A stretch of 64,000 nt of DNA from Anaeromyxobacteraceae bacterium (GCA_047602405.1 JASGHJ010000001.1:64001-128000), one strand, 5' to 3'; shown: positions 9,716 through 20,850, counted from the stretch's first letter. Translations and numbers: made by a program. The notes: generated by a model not told the origin, from the sequence alone.

Positions 9716-10414
9716 GGTTGAGATGGACGTCCATCTCGTCCTCGTAGAAGACCGGCTCCTCCGGCGTGGCGTTCCTGGCGACGCGACGCAACCTCGCCAG
9801 CACGCGCTTCCTGCGACCTGTTTCCCAGGGGCAGGCGACCGTCGGCTTCGGCATCCTGAGCCGCGCCCCGATCGCGGAGAGCGCCCGGCCCATCGTGCAC
9901 GGAGCCACTCGCGGGAGCTGGCGCCGCTCCAGCTCGCAGCCGAGCAGCTCGCGGGTCCAGGTCGTGCGCTGCCAGCCGAACTCGGTCGGGACCGAGTGCA
10001 GAACCCGCTCGAGCTCCTCCTTGAACCGGAGGTCCACCTTGCGGACGCCGTTGAAGGCGCGCTGATCGAGCAGGCCCTCCTCCCCAGCGTCGGCGAACCG
10101 CTGCGCCGCCTTCACCACGGTGGACGGGACGCAGGCGAGGTCGCGGGCGACCTGCTGTCGAGAGAGTCCCTGTCCGAGCTTGGCGATCATGAGGAAGCGG
10201 AGGGCGGTGTGCGGGTCCTTGGCCTTCTTGGCGCGGCGGATCAGTCTGCGTCGCACGGCACGATCGAGCCGCGGTATGTTGTGCACGGGAAGGTCTCCTC
10301 CGAGTTCGCTGCTGGTCTCGCAACCGCAACGATCGATGGGTTGACCTTCCCTTTCAACTTTCTCCCTGCGGTCCGCGGCCTTGCCGCTGATCGCGAATCA
10401 CGAACGGTCGTTTA
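9716..10414 (-). mobile_element. IS630-family element, left part with N-terminal transposase (9716..10286)
   Basis: HTH and FYEDEMDVHLN motif; end CTAAACGACCG matches the other end CGGTCGTTTAG at 26929..26939; TA target. Confidence 0.88.
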
Positions 10415-10421
10415 GGCACGA

Positions 10422-13142
10422 CTAGGCGCGCATGCCGAACAGGAAGTTGTGAGACGTGGTGAGCCCCTTGTCCTTGATGCCGTGCTTCTCCACGGTCGTC
10501 ACGTCCTCCGTTACGACCCCCAGATCGTCGAACTGCTCCTTCATCAGCTGATGAAGGTGTTCAACCATCCGGTGGCGATCGGATCCACCCAGGTGGACGA
10601 CGAGTAGGCCACCCGGGCGAAGCATCTTCTGGCACGCATCAAAGAAGTCTCGATAGATATCGAGGTCCTTGGTTTGCTGACGTTCGAGGAACGCGAGGCT
10701 GCGAGTGTGGAAGTCGCCCTCTTCCCAGCCGCAGAACCACATCCTCAGCCAGTTGGGACGGTCGAAGCGCATGCCAAGAAACGGCGGAGAGGTTGCGATC
10801 AGATCTGCACCCGACACGTTCTTCGGCAACGCTCGGAAATCACCCCAGTACGACTTGCCGGGCACGTACGTGATCGGCAACGGCTCGCGCAGGGCTGAAT
10901 CGACACGCGCCCGTACGTGCTTGAGAACGGACTTGTACGGGCGCGGCCCCTTTGGGTGAAAAGGTGTGATCGGATGCGAGGTCCGGGAGATGGCGTACGG
11001 CCTGTTTCCGTGGAGTACGTGCAGGAGTGACGCCTTCACGAACAGATCGCCGTCCGACGGGTTGTCGATGCCCAGGAAGTACCGCCTGGCCTTCAGAACC
11101 TCATCAAGCGTGTCCGGGTGAAAGAAGTCAGCTACGCTGCCGTTCAGGCCGAACTCTGCGCTTTTCTTGTCGGCCTCGCCTAGACGCAGGTTGTTGAGGG
11201 CCCGTTCAAGGGCCTGGAGAGATGTCTCGACACTCGATGTCGAAGGGACGCGGATCTTTCCGCTCGCCACGGCGTATGCAAGCGGCGAGAGGTCGTTCGT
11301 GATGGCATTGCGCCCGTTCAGTGCCGCCTCGAATGCCACCGTTCCGATGCCGCCCAACGGATCTACGACTGTCCCCCCTGGATCGGAGAACTGCTCGACG
11401 ATCCAGTGCGCGATGGCAGGCTTCAGTTTGCCCTGATAGCTGCAGAGCGAATGAAGCGGATGCCCCCAGTTACGCTTGGAGAACGGAGCGTCCTTATAGG
11501 GCAACTCGCGCCGGAAGCTCTCAATGCGGCCCTGAATGTCCTTCGGGGCAGCACTGCGAGTGGAGGTCCGTGAAGCTCGTTCGACGGAACCTCCTGAAGA
11601 CTCCCTGTTGCGCCGAGCCCCCGGAGATCTCTTTAGAACGATTTCTACCTGGTGGAGCTTTGAACGGTCATAGGAGTAGCGGCGCGCGAGGACCCTTGTG
11701 GAGTCCACAAGGAGCCCGGCTTCGACGGCTACGTTGGCCAGGAGTACGTCGGTGGGGACATGGACTCCGTAGAACTTGGAGTCTCCGATATCCAGCACGA
11801 ACCGCCCGACAGGTTCCATCCGCTCCCGCGTGGCTTTCAGCATGTCGAACATGTCTGAGAAGTAGTGGCGGACAAGCAAGGGAATGCGTTTGTCTCCACG
11901 CCCCTCAAGCTCGGCGACGACCTTCTCGACTTGGTCGAAGTGATGAACATTCGACCGGCCCCGGGAAACGCTGTTGATGCCAGCGGTAATGCCGGACCTG
12001 TGGAGGCTGCCCAGTTCCGTCTCGGACGAAAGCCAACCAAGGAGCCAGAGTTCGAGCTTGGTGTTTCGGAAGTAGTTCGTGCCGTTCAGGTAGGGCGGCG
12101 ACGTGATGATGAGGGTGTACTGCCCGGTGTCCTTGCCCTCGGCCCTTGAGTCCTCGGACGCAAGGCGGGTGGGGGCGATCGGCCCCTGAGGAGAGCTCAG
12201 GTCCTCCACCATCTCGTTGACCTTGCTGGAAATAAACCCGGGGACATCCACGACGCGATTCGTGTACTCGCCGGGGCGACGACGGCGTAGGTCGGCCCGG
12301 CGAGTCATGTTCGATGACTTAACGACGTTCGAACCCACCGCTAGAAGCAGCAGCGCTCTCGCGTGTTCATTCTTGGCGACCTTCCGGGCCAAATCTCTGG
12401 CGGCGATCAGCTCACGGAGGTGTTGTTCAACGAAGAAGTCCCTTTCGTCGAAGGCTGCCTCGTACTCCTCCATGCTGACTGCCTGACACAGGCGTTCGAA
12501 TGCCTTGGACTGAACAACCGCGAGGTACTCGGTTGCGGTCCGTTTGAACGCAGCGAGATGCTGTCGGGCCCACGCGGCAGAGTTGATCTTCGTCTCTGCG
12601 ACAAACCGCATGAAGGGGTTAATTTCGGCGTACGCAGACGGGATGCCTCGAATGCTTGCTTCGAGAAGCGTGGTTCCTGCGCCGCCGAAGGGATCGTAGA
12701 CAGTTCGCGGGTGGCCGAACCTGCCCAGGAGTTCCGCAACGTAGTCGGCCGAGAACCCTTCCACGTACGGATACCAGCGATGATACGGGACGGTCTTGCT
12801 GTCTCGGAAGGTGAGCCCTACCGAGGGCGAGTCGGTGACATCAGGCGTCAACGGAAGTTGCTGCTGACGTGCGACGGTGTTGGAGCGCGCGGCCATCTGG
12901 CTCACTCTTTCCGAAAGGACGAGAAGGACGTGGTTGTTGAGAGTGCGGTGGGACCTGTGCGCTGCGTCGCTCAGGTCCTCAAACACGGGGTCGCCCAGCA
13001 GCCCGCGCACGGCGCGACTGGAGAGGGCGAGTAGGTGACTCGTCGAAGGATCGCCAGCGGGTACGCCAAGCGTGAAGCGCCGGGCGCGACCAGAGCGGGT
13101 TCTCTCGGGCGGGAAGTAGAGCGTCTTGAACGTCTGGGCCAT
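10422..13142 (-). CDS. Fused double amino-methyltransferase (two N4C/N6A MTase modules; SPPY/SPPF suggests N4-cytosine)
   Basis: Module 1: YDPFGGAGTT...ITSPPY; module 2: VDPLGGIGTV...ATSPPF; 906 aa. Confidence 0.88.
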   Translation of the reverse strand: MAQTFKTLYFPPERTRSGRARRFTLGVPAGDPSTSHLLALSSRAVRGLLGDPVFEDLSDAAHRSHRTLNNHVLLVLSERVSQMAARSNTVARQQQLPLTPDVTDSPSVGLTFRDSKTVPYHRWYPYVEGFSADYVAELLGRFGHPRTVYDPFGGAGTTLLEASIRGIPSAYAEINPFMRFVAETKINSAAWARQHLAAFKRTATEYLAVVQSKAFERLCQAVSMEEYEAAFDERDFFVEQHLRELIAARDLARKVAKNEHARALLLLAVGSNVVKSSNMTRRADLRRRRPGEYTNRVVDVPGFISSKVNEMVEDLSSPQGPIAPTRLASEDSRAEGKDTGQYTLIITSPPYLNGTNYFRNTKLELWLLGWLSSETELGSLHRSGITAGINSVSRGRSNVHHFDQVEKVVAELEGRGDKRIPLLVRHYFSDMFDMLKATRERMEPVGRFVLDIGDSKFYGVHVPTDVLLANVAVEAGLLVDSTRVLARRYSYDRSKLHQVEIVLKRSPGARRNRESSGGSVERASRTSTRSAAPKDIQGRIESFRRELPYKDAPFSKRNWGHPLHSLCSYQGKLKPAIAHWIVEQFSDPGGTVVDPLGGIGTVAFEAALNGRNAITNDLSPLAYAVASGKIRVPSTSSVETSLQALERALNNLRLGEADKKSAEFGLNGSVADFFHPDTLDEVLKARRYFLGIDNPSDGDLFVKASLLHVLHGNRPYAISRTSHPITPFHPKGPRPYKSVLKHVRARVDSALREPLPITYVPGKSYWGDFRALPKNVSGADLIATSPPFLGMRFDRPNWLRMWFCGWEEGDFHTRSLAFLERQQTKDLDIYRDFFDACQKMLRPGGLLVVHLGGSDRHRMVEHLHQLMKEQFDDLGVVTEDVTTVEKHGIKDKGLTTSHNFLFGMRA

Positions 13143-13329
13143 GGCCGAGAAGGTAAAGTACCATACCTCAACACCTCACCTTCTGCACGCGCCATCCCTC
13201 AACGTTCGCCAGTATTCGATGTGGGTCTGACACTGCACGCCCGGGCAGGAGGCACCGGCCGCCGTACCTCAATCGTACGTTCTGCAACTGGGATCTTCCG
13301 CCGGGCGGACGACCTCTGCGGCGGTGCCT

Positions 13330-13602
13330 CTACTCAGGTTTCGAGGCCCCAGAAGCCGTGTCCGTTGCCGCGCTAAGAACCGGCACCGTAGGCGGTTGCA
13401 GGTTGGGCTCCGGTGTTGGTGTTGCGGCTGCAAAGCTCCCGTCGCACCACGCCGTGACCACGGCAACCAAGAGGTCGTTCATGGAGCAACGGTGCCGCTT
13501 GGCGTGGTCGCGAACCTCTCGATGAAGCGCGGAGGGCATTCGCAACAGGTAGGGGTGGTGATCCCCCAGCTTTGCTGGTCGGCCTCTTCGTTTCTGGGCC
13601 AT
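13330..13602 (-). CDS. Ribbon-helix-helix (Arc/HicB-like) DNA-binding protein
   Basis: YLLRMPSALHREVRDHAKRHRCSMNDLLVAVV. Confidence 0.7.
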   Translation of the reverse strand: MAQKRRGRPAKLGDHHPYLLRMPSALHREVRDHAKRHRCSMNDLLVAVVTAWCDGSFAAATPTPEPNLQPPTVPVLSAATDTASGASKPE

Positions 13603-14222
13603 CTTCGCCTCCCCCGGGGCCGAACGTCTTGATATCAGTGGCGGTTGTCAGTGTGATTTCAGGTACTTCTGCGCCCGGACTTGATTTAAGATATCAGAAA
13701 ACCCCGGAGGAGGCACATGGTTCCTATACAGAGGGACGGGTCGGCCACGTCCAAAATCAGGGCCGCGCGATACATCCGCGTCTCGCGGTCAGATCAGCGC
13801 CCAGCGCTTCAAGCCGACGAAACCGCCGAGTTCATCCAGAGGCGCGGGTGGAGTCTCGTAGACACGTACATCGACGAAGGGGTCAGCGGCACCAAGGCCC
13901 GGCGGCCAGAACTCGACAGACTTCTGGCCGCAGCACGCCACCGCCAGTTCGACGTTCTCGTCGTGTGGCGGTCCGACCGCCTGTTTCGCAGTCTCAAACA
14001 CATGGTCATCACGCTGGGAGAACTTGCTGCGGGTTCCGGCCCATGGCGATCACGGATTCCGGAGCAAGCCGATCACTGATTCCGGTCGAAGCCGACCACC
14101 GATTCCGGAGCATGCCGATCGCTGAACGAACGGCCAGCTGAGGCCGTCGGTCGCAGTCAGCGCGGGCGCGTTGACGCCGCTGGGTAGTCCGCCGCTCTTG
14201 CCGCCTCCACAAGGGAGGCGGG

Positions 14223-15764
14223 ATGGCGGCCGAGAGGCTACCGATGCGGAAGCTGCGAGAGGTCATCAGGCTGAAGCTGCAGGCCGGCCAGTCCGGCCGT
14301 GCGATCGCGCGGGCGTGCGGGATCTCGTCGAGCACGGTGAGCGAGTACCTCGGGCGCATCGCGCTCGCCGGCCTCACCTGGCCGCTCCCGCCCGAGCTCG
14401 ACGACGACGCGCTCGAGCGGCTCCTCTTCCCCGACGAGCGCCATCCGGTGTCGAACCGGCCCGAGCCAGAGTGGAGCTTCATCCACCGCGAGCTGCAGCG
14501 GCGGCACGTGACGAAGCAGCTACTCTGGCAGGAGTACAAGGAGGCGACGCCGGAGGGGCTGCAGTACAGCCAGTTCTGCGACAAGTACCTGCGCTGGGCG
14601 AAGCCGCTGTCGGCGACGATGCGGCAGGCCCATCGCGCCGGCGAGAAGACCTTCATCGACTTCAGCGGGAGCGGGCTCGAGCTCGTGCACCCCGCCACCA
14701 GCGACCGCAAGAAGGTGGTGCTCTTCTTGGCGGTGCTCGGCGCCTCGAACCTGACGTACGCGGAGCCGGTGCTGAACCAGGATCTCCCGACCTGGATCGG
14801 TTGCCACGCCCGCGCCTTCGAGTACTTCGGAGGCGCGACCGAGATCTGGGTGCCCGACAATCCTCGGGTCGGCGTGACGAAGGCGAGCAAGTACGAGCCG
14901 GTGCTCAACCGGTCGTACGAGGACCTCGCCGCCCACTACGGCGCGGCGGTGATCCCGGCGCGCCCGTACCGGCCGCGCGACAAGGCGAAGGTGGAGGTGG
15001 CGGTCCAGATCGCCTCGCGCTGGATCCTGGCGGTGCTGCGGAATCGCGTCTTCTACTCGATGGAGGAGATGCGGGCGGCGGTGGCGGGGCTGCTCGAGAA
15101 GCTGAACCACCGGCAGATGCGGCGCCTGAAGAAGTCGCGGCGCGAGCTCTTCGAGGAGATCGAGCGCGCCGCCCTGAAGCCCTTGCCGGCGCAGCCCTAC
15201 GAGTACGCCGAGTGGGCTCGGCCGAGGGTCGACCTCAGCTACCACGTCGAGCACGACGACCACTTCTACAGCGTCCACTTCTCGCACATCGGCGAGCAGC
15301 TCGACCTGCGCGCGACCGAGTCCACCGTCGAGATCTTCCGGCGGGGCACGCGGATCGAGAGCTATCCGCGCAGCTACGCGAAGGGGAAGTACACCACGCG
15401 CAAGGAGCACATGCCGCGCGCCCATCTCGACCAGGTCGAGTGGACGCCCGAGCGGCTGACGAACTGGGCGCGAACGACGGGGCCCCACACCGCCGCCCTC
15501 GTCGAGGCGATCATGGCCTCGAAGGGACACCCGCAGCAGGGCTTCAAGGCGTGCCTCGGCGTGCTGCGGCTCGCGAAGCAGTATCCCGCCCAGCGGATCG
15601 AGCGGGCGGCGGCGCGGGCGCTGCACTGCCGGACGCTCTCCTCGGGGAGCGTCGCCTCGATGCTCAAGAACAACCTCGACCAGCTGCCGCTGCCCGGCGA
15701 GGAGGAGCCGCAGCAGGCGCTGCCCCTCCACGAGAACATCCGCGGCCGCAGCTACTACCACTGA
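14223..15764 (+). CDS. istA: IS21 transposase IstA
   Basis: TFIDFSG, VPDNPR, PRDKAKVE, HENIRG..YYH. Confidence 0.95.
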   Translation: MAAERLPMRKLREVIRLKLQAGQSGRAIARACGISSSTVSEYLGRIALAGLTWPLPPELDDDALERLLFPDERHPVSNRPEPEWSFIHRELQRRHVTKQLLWQEYKEATPEGLQYSQFCDKYLRWAKPLSATMRQAHRAGEKTFIDFSGSGLELVHPATSDRKKVVLFLAVLGASNLTYAEPVLNQDLPTWIGCHARAFEYFGGATEIWVPDNPRVGVTKASKYEPVLNRSYEDLAAHYGAAVIPARPYRPRDKAKVEVAVQIASRWILAVLRNRVFYSMEEMRAAVAGLLEKLNHRQMRRLKKSRRELFEEIERAALKPLPAQPYEYAEWARPRVDLSYHVEHDDHFYSVHFSHIGEQLDLRATESTVEIFRRGTRIESYPRSYAKGKYTTRKEHMPRAHLDQVEWTPERLTNWARTTGPHTAALVEAIMASKGHPQQGFKACLGVLRLAKQYPAQRIERAAARALHCRTLSSGSVASMLKNNLDQLPLPGEEEPQQALPLHENIRGRSYYH

Positions 15765-15855
15765 CCACCCGAGACCGCGCCGACGCGGCCTCGCGGCGCC
15801 CCGGTGCCGGGCACGACGCCCGCGCGCCGACCTCATCGAGGCCAGGGAGAAGTGC

Positions 15856-16614
15856 ATGCTCGTGGAGCAGACGATGGAGAAGCTCGTCGCGATGAAGCTC
15901 AGCGGGATGGCGGAGGCGCTGCGCCGCTGGATGGAGCAGCCCAAGGAGAAGGAGATGACGCCGCTCGATCTCGTGGGCTTGCTCGCCGACGCCGAGTGGC
16001 GTCACCGGGAGCAGCGGAAGCTGACCGGCAGGCTGCGGACCGCGCGCTTCCGCCAGGACGCCTGCATGGAGGATGTCGATTACCAGCACCCCCGCGGCCT
16101 CCAGAAGGCGGTGATGCTCGACCTCGCGACGTGCCGCTGGGTGGACGCCCACCAGAACGTGATCTTCAGCGGCCTGACCGGCGTCGGGAAGAGCTACCTC
16201 GCCTGCGCGCTCGGCCAGAAGGCGTGCCGCGAGGGCCACTCCGTCGTCTACCGCCGCGCCTCGCGTCTCTACGACGAGCTCGCCCAAGCGCGCGCCGACG
16301 GAACTTACCTCCTCCTGCTCCGCCGCCTCGCCAAGACCGACGTCCTCGTGGTCGACGACTTCGGCCTCGAAGTGCTGAGCACGACCCAGCGCCGGGACTT
16401 CCTGGAGGTGATGGAGGACCGCTACGGCATCTCGTCGACCATCATCACGAGCCAGCTCGATCCCAAGAACTGGCACTCCATCATCGGCGACGAGACCATC
16501 GCCGACTCGGTTTGCGACCGACTCATCCACAACGCACACAAGGTGAAGCTCAGCGGCGAGTCGCTCAGGAAGACGAGGGCGGACTTGACCAAGGGCCAGA
16601 AGCCGGCGAAGTAG
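15856..16614 (+). CDS. istB: IS21 helper ATPase IstB
   Basis: GLTGVGKS, LVVDDFG, CDRLIHN. Confidence 0.95.
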   Translation: MLVEQTMEKLVAMKLSGMAEALRRWMEQPKEKEMTPLDLVGLLADAEWRHREQRKLTGRLRTARFRQDACMEDVDYQHPRGLQKAVMLDLATCRWVDAHQNVIFSGLTGVGKSYLACALGQKACREGHSVVYRRASRLYDELAQARADGTYLLLLRRLAKTDVLVVDDFGLEVLSTTQRRDFLEVMEDRYGISSTIITSQLDPKNWHSIIGDETIADSVCDRLIHNAHKVKLSGESLRKTRADLTKGQKPAK

Positions 16615-17158
16615 ACCTACCCAGCGGCGTCACGCCCCGGGTGATCGCCTTGCCGGTACAGGTGATCGGCATCGGCCGGAATGGCCGATCGGCATGGCCG
16701 GAATCCGCACTTGCCGCTCTCGGTGTCGAGTTCGTTAGCGTGACGGAACCATTCGACACGACCACACCGCAAGGGCGGCTACTACTGCACCTGGTCGCCG
16801 CATTCGCCGAGTTCGAGCGGGGAGTCCTTGTCGAACGAACCCGCGCAGGACTCGCGGCAGCCCGTCGTCGTGGCGCGCACATCGGAAGGCCCCGAATCCA
16901 GGTGGATCGGACTCGCGTCATCGAGCTCCACAAAGCCAAGAAGTCGATCCGCCAGATCGCTCGCGAGATGCAGATCGGCGCGACCACTGTGCACCGGCTG
17001 TTGAAGAACACCGAACCCACCGAGTAGTTCGCCTCACCGCAGTTCCCTCCCCATCCCCGGTCCGCGAGTGGCGCACGAGGCGCGGCCACAACGCTACTGG
17101 TGCGCGCTCGCGACCGGGATGCCCAGGGAACGCAACCCAGGATTTGGAAGGAGATGAG

Positions 17159-17779
17159 ATGCAGGACCGGCTTGTCGTTTTGGAAGCAGCCTGGGACGAC
17201 GAATTCATGGATAAGCGTACCGTCCGACCGTTCATCGACGGATGGGCGGCCAACGCGCGAATCGGATACGCCTACCGGGCGTACAACGGGCGTGAGGACC
17301 TTCTCCACTGGCTTATTCGATTCTGCGAGGACCCGATAGCAGACACCCTTTACATCGCGGGACATGGTGACCGGGGACGGCTTGTTGGCCTCGACAACCG
17401 GCGCATCGACATCGCCTCGCTCTTGCGCGAGGTGTTCGAGAAGGGACGCCCCCAGAGAGGAGGCAAGAAGAAGGGCGTACTCATCGGCGCGTGCGAGTGT
17501 CTTGGGCCGCGTCTGCGGACGCGAGTGCTTGCGAACACAAATCGCAGGCTTCACTGGTTGGCGGGCTACTCAGTCGAGATCCCGTGGCTGGACTCGATGT
17601 TGGTTGATGTCGCGTTCCTTGAGTACCGATACAGAGGTGGTCCACGCCACCGGAGCATGACTCGTGAGCCAGGTGCGTACCTGCAACGCCGGTACGGAAC
17701 AGTGGACCGGGTTTCGAAGTGGGTCGTGCGGGACTTCCCTCTCGCAGAGAAGTGGGGATTCGGGGTGGCGACGCGATGA
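17159..17779 (+). CDS. Caspase/CHAT-fold-like protein (DUF6642-like)
   Basis: LYIAGHG and LIGACE reproduce the clan-CD His-Gly / Cys dyad; later LAGY...IPW. Confidence 0.6.
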   Translation: MQDRLVVLEAAWDDEFMDKRTVRPFIDGWAANARIGYAYRAYNGREDLLHWLIRFCEDPIADTLYIAGHGDRGRLVGLDNRRIDIASLLREVFEKGRPQRGGKKKGVLIGACECLGPRLRTRVLANTNRRLHWLAGYSVEIPWLDSMLVDVAFLEYRYRGGPRHRSMTREPGAYLQRRYGTVDRVSKWVVRDFPLAEKWGFGVATR

Positions 17780-18405
17780 AGACCACCCTTCTGTGCTTCT
17801 CGGACCTTCATCGTGATCTCGCGGCGGCTCGCCGCCTTGCCGGACTTGCCCTCGGCGGTCGGTACGCGTTTCTCATCAGCGCCGGGGACCTTGGAGTGGA
17901 CGGCGTTCACGAGCCCGGCCTGACTTCTCTGATCGCGAAGGGAGGAACAGAGATCCTGTCAGTTCCGGGCAACCACGATGGCACCGCTTCCTACCAGGCA
18001 GAGGCACATGGAGGTGGGTGGACGGACCTGGACGGACGGACTGTCAAACGAGGCGAGTGGTGGTTCGCTGGGATCGGCCTCCTTCCTGCGCCGTACACAA
18101 CCAGTTCGCCCGCCCGGGATTTCGAGACTCGCACCGCCTTGCTCCTAGAGAGCTTCGCCCACCTGCCTCTGAGCAGGCTCGTTCTTGTGACCCACGTTCC
18201 ACCTTCGGAGACCATCGCCGCGCGAGATCGGCGCTTCATCGATCGCGGAAGCGTTGTTCTCGCGAACTGGCTTCAGTCCCACCCTGTGGCCGCCGTGGTC
18301 TGCGGCCACGTCCATCACCCAGAACCCGTGGTGACTGAAATCGGAAGTACGAGGATCATCGTTGGCGGCCCCTGGGCGTCCGAACTGACGCTCGGAAACG
18401 ATTGA
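17776..18405 (+). CDS. Calcineurin-like metallophosphoesterase
   Basis: SDLH, AGD, GNHD, THVPP, CGHVH motifs; ATGA overlap with the upstream gene. Confidence 0.88.
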   Translation: MKTTLLCFSDLHRDLAAARRLAGLALGGRYAFLISAGDLGVDGVHEPGLTSLIAKGGTEILSVPGNHDGTASYQAEAHGGGWTDLDGRTVKRGEWWFAGIGLLPAPYTTSSPARDFETRTALLLESFAHLPLSRLVLVTHVPPSETIAARDRRFIDRGSVVLANWLQSHPVAAVVCGHVHHPEPVVTEIGSTRIIVGGPWASELTLGND

Positions 18406-18438
18406 AACGTGCAAAAGGTAGAGAGCCCGGCGCGCCCG

Positions 18439-19753
18439 CTACTCGTCGTCCAGGGGCGGCAGTGTCGCTCCAACCCCGAACGGACCTGTGACTCCGCTGC
18501 CAGGGACGAACACCATTGATACAGGCGGTTCCTTTCCGAACCGCCTTGAGCCCGGCACGAAGTGCGCGTGTTCCTGAAAGTCGAAGCGTCCGCCCATCGT
18601 CACGTCAATCTCGAACTCGTTGAACACAAGCCACCCGAAGCGCTTGCGCTTCTCCTTCAGTGTCTCAACGAAGTGCTTGAGCTCCGCGACTCTGGGCCCA
18701 ACCCCCGCGATGCGTTCAAGGCAGACGTGAAGAACTGTGTCTTCTCCTGCGGCCTCAAGCTGTTCAAGTCCCTTGAAGACGCGGGCGTAGCCGAACCTTC
18801 TGGCACGCTGCATGGCCTTTTCGTTCGTAACTGCCCACTTCACCCCAGCTACCCAGGAGAGGGCAACCGCGTAGGACGGGCCCGCCATACGTCCACGGTG
18901 AGCATCTACCAGTCCATGCCAGGGCCCGCCCGAAGCGTATTCGAATTGATCCCAGAAGTACGCGGGCGAGGGGATAAGGATGAGGTTCTCGGGCGGGTCG
19001 AGAGGGACGAGCCCCCTGGCGAAGACGGTCCCTTCGGGCCTAACGATCGCACCACCTGAGGCGAGTGCGCCGAAGGCATCCCGCACCAGCTGTTGTGGGT
19101 CGAGCTGCGGCGTTTCGGTGGCGATCTTCCACTCGATAACCGCCGACACCTTCTCCGAATCGAGCACATGAATCAGTGGTGTCGTTGCGTCGCGTACCGC
19201 GTCACGGATGCGTGGGGAAGCGTCCGTCATCCGATCGAACTTCTTGCATTCGACGTGTAGCCGGCCCCGGCGAGTCTGAACCGAGAAGTCAGGGGTGGGC
19301 GTGGAAGACGCGGGGATGAACGCGAGATCTGTTATCGCCGGGTGCACGGCGTACCGGGCCGCGACAACAACCTCGAAAAGCGCCGCCTCGAAGTCATCGA
19401 ACTCGATGGCGCGTGCGAGACGGTCGAATCCGTTGCTCGTACCCGGAAGAGTGGGTCGTGATCGTTCGGAGCGCTGAGGCGAGTATCCGCGTGAAGGGTA
19501 GATAGCGCGCAACTCGAAACACATCGAAGAAGAGTGAGGCGTTCGGCTGTCTTAGGTGGCTCTCAACTACGAGAAGCACCCGGACAAGCGCGGGAACTTG
19601 AACCTCGTGGTCGGCGATCTTGTCGTAGTACGTGAGAGGGATCTGCCCACCGCTCAGGTAACTATCGAGAAGGCGCTGATCGACCGATACCCCGGTCAGC
19701 TTCCTGATCTCCGCGATGTCCGCTTGAATCGCCTGTCGCTCCGGCGCGTCCAT
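18439..19753 (-). CDS. PD-(D/E)xK nuclease-like protein with one +1 frameshift at ~19428
   Basis: FEVVVA...TPDF...VECKK motif; ORFs 19394..19798 and 18439..19524 join (QRIDRL) if one base of GAATC is removed. Confidence 0.6.
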
Positions 19754-20048
19754 GCCTGAACGTAACACCTGGTCGGGCGGACAACGAGAACCTCGCAAAC
19801 CGTCCGTCCGCCCGTGCGACGGCCGTGTTCCAGAAACGTCCTAGAACGGGCCTACGGCGGTCCCTGCAAAATTGGGCCGTCCGACGACGTGAGGTGCCGC
19901 ACCGGAACCGACCGGAAACGGAACGGCCAACCGGGGCGCACCGTACACGTCATCCGGGAGGCCGCGAAGGCGGCGGGGCCATACGCACGCGCATCTACCA
20001 GTCACGTGGCGGAGGACCGTCCGTCTTGGTAGCCTGCCATGACAGGCC

Positions 20049-20795
20049 ATGCCGAAGACCTTCCCGGACCTGACCGAAGCGATCGGAACACTTGCCGCAG
20101 CGGTCTCCCAGTGCGCAGAACGCTGCGCCGGTGTCAATTGCGGCCGCGAGGCAGGGGTTCTTCCCCGGTGCCTGTTTGTAGAGCCGGGCACGAACCGAGG
20201 GGGAGTCGGAGACCTCGAAGGCGGCACCGTCGTCGTGGGGCTGAATCCAGGGAAGATGAAGAAGCCCGAGGCCCGCAAGGTCAACGCCCTCCTGGACGCC
20301 GTCGGGAAGGGAAGGGACGCATTCAGCGCAGATGACTGGCGGGCCTACACGGATGCCTACTACGCATGGATGCGAGATACGATCGCCAGCAAGGTGCCCT
20401 ACTACACGCTGCTTCGGCTCCTGGTCCGAGCAGGCGGCAGAAGAGGACCGATCCTCTGGACTGAGATCGTCAAGTGTCAGTCAAAGGACAACGAATCAAC
20501 CGCAAATACGAAGCGTCGTAAGGGCCTGTATAGAGGCCACCAGTCCACGGTGAGGCGGTGTACGTCAGGCTTCCTGGTGAGAGAACTGGATGCCGTGCCG
20601 AAAGACTGGCCCATCTTGGCAGCTGGAGCGGACGCCTTCGACTGGCTATCCGCCAACGCAGATGGGCGGACTGTCGTCGGGGTCCCGCATCCGTCAGGAG
20701 CTGCCTTCCAGTTCTTCACTCTCTTTGCTCCCGTGGGCCTTAATACGGATCGCTTCGAATGGAAGAACGGAAAATGGCATTCCGCCAAGCAATAA
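20049..20795 (+). CDS. Uracil-DNA-glycosylase-superfamily protein
   Basis: VVVGLNPG, TEIVKC, ILAAG, VPHPSG motifs. Confidence 0.7.
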   Translation: MPKTFPDLTEAIGTLAAAVSQCAERCAGVNCGREAGVLPRCLFVEPGTNRGGVGDLEGGTVVVGLNPGKMKKPEARKVNALLDAVGKGRDAFSADDWRAYTDAYYAWMRDTIASKVPYYTLLRLLVRAGGRRGPILWTEIVKCQSKDNESTANTKRRKGLYRGHQSTVRRCTSGFLVRELDAVPKDWPILAAGADAFDWLSANADGRTVVGVPHPSGAAFQFFTLFAPVGLNTDRFEWKNGKWHSAKQ

Positions 20796-20850
20796 ACCGT
20801 TGCGCCGACGCGAAGACCATGGAATCGGGGCGGTAGACCAGGAGGCGTTC

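Larger units (their letters stand above)
14028..16709 (+). mobile_element. IS21-family element C (2682 bp)
   Basis: IR TGCGGGTTCCGGCC / GGCCGGAATCCGCA; 5-bp TSD CTTGC. Confidence 0.95.
13717..17027 (+). pseudogene. Serine recombinase (resolvase/invertase) split by IS21-C (parts 13717..14027 and 16710..17027)
   Basis: YIRVS catalytic motif, DEGVSG, DRLFRS; after the IS: FVSVTEPFDTTTPQG...AEFER...GRP and HTH. Removing the IS and one TSD copy restores the frame. Confidence 0.92.
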
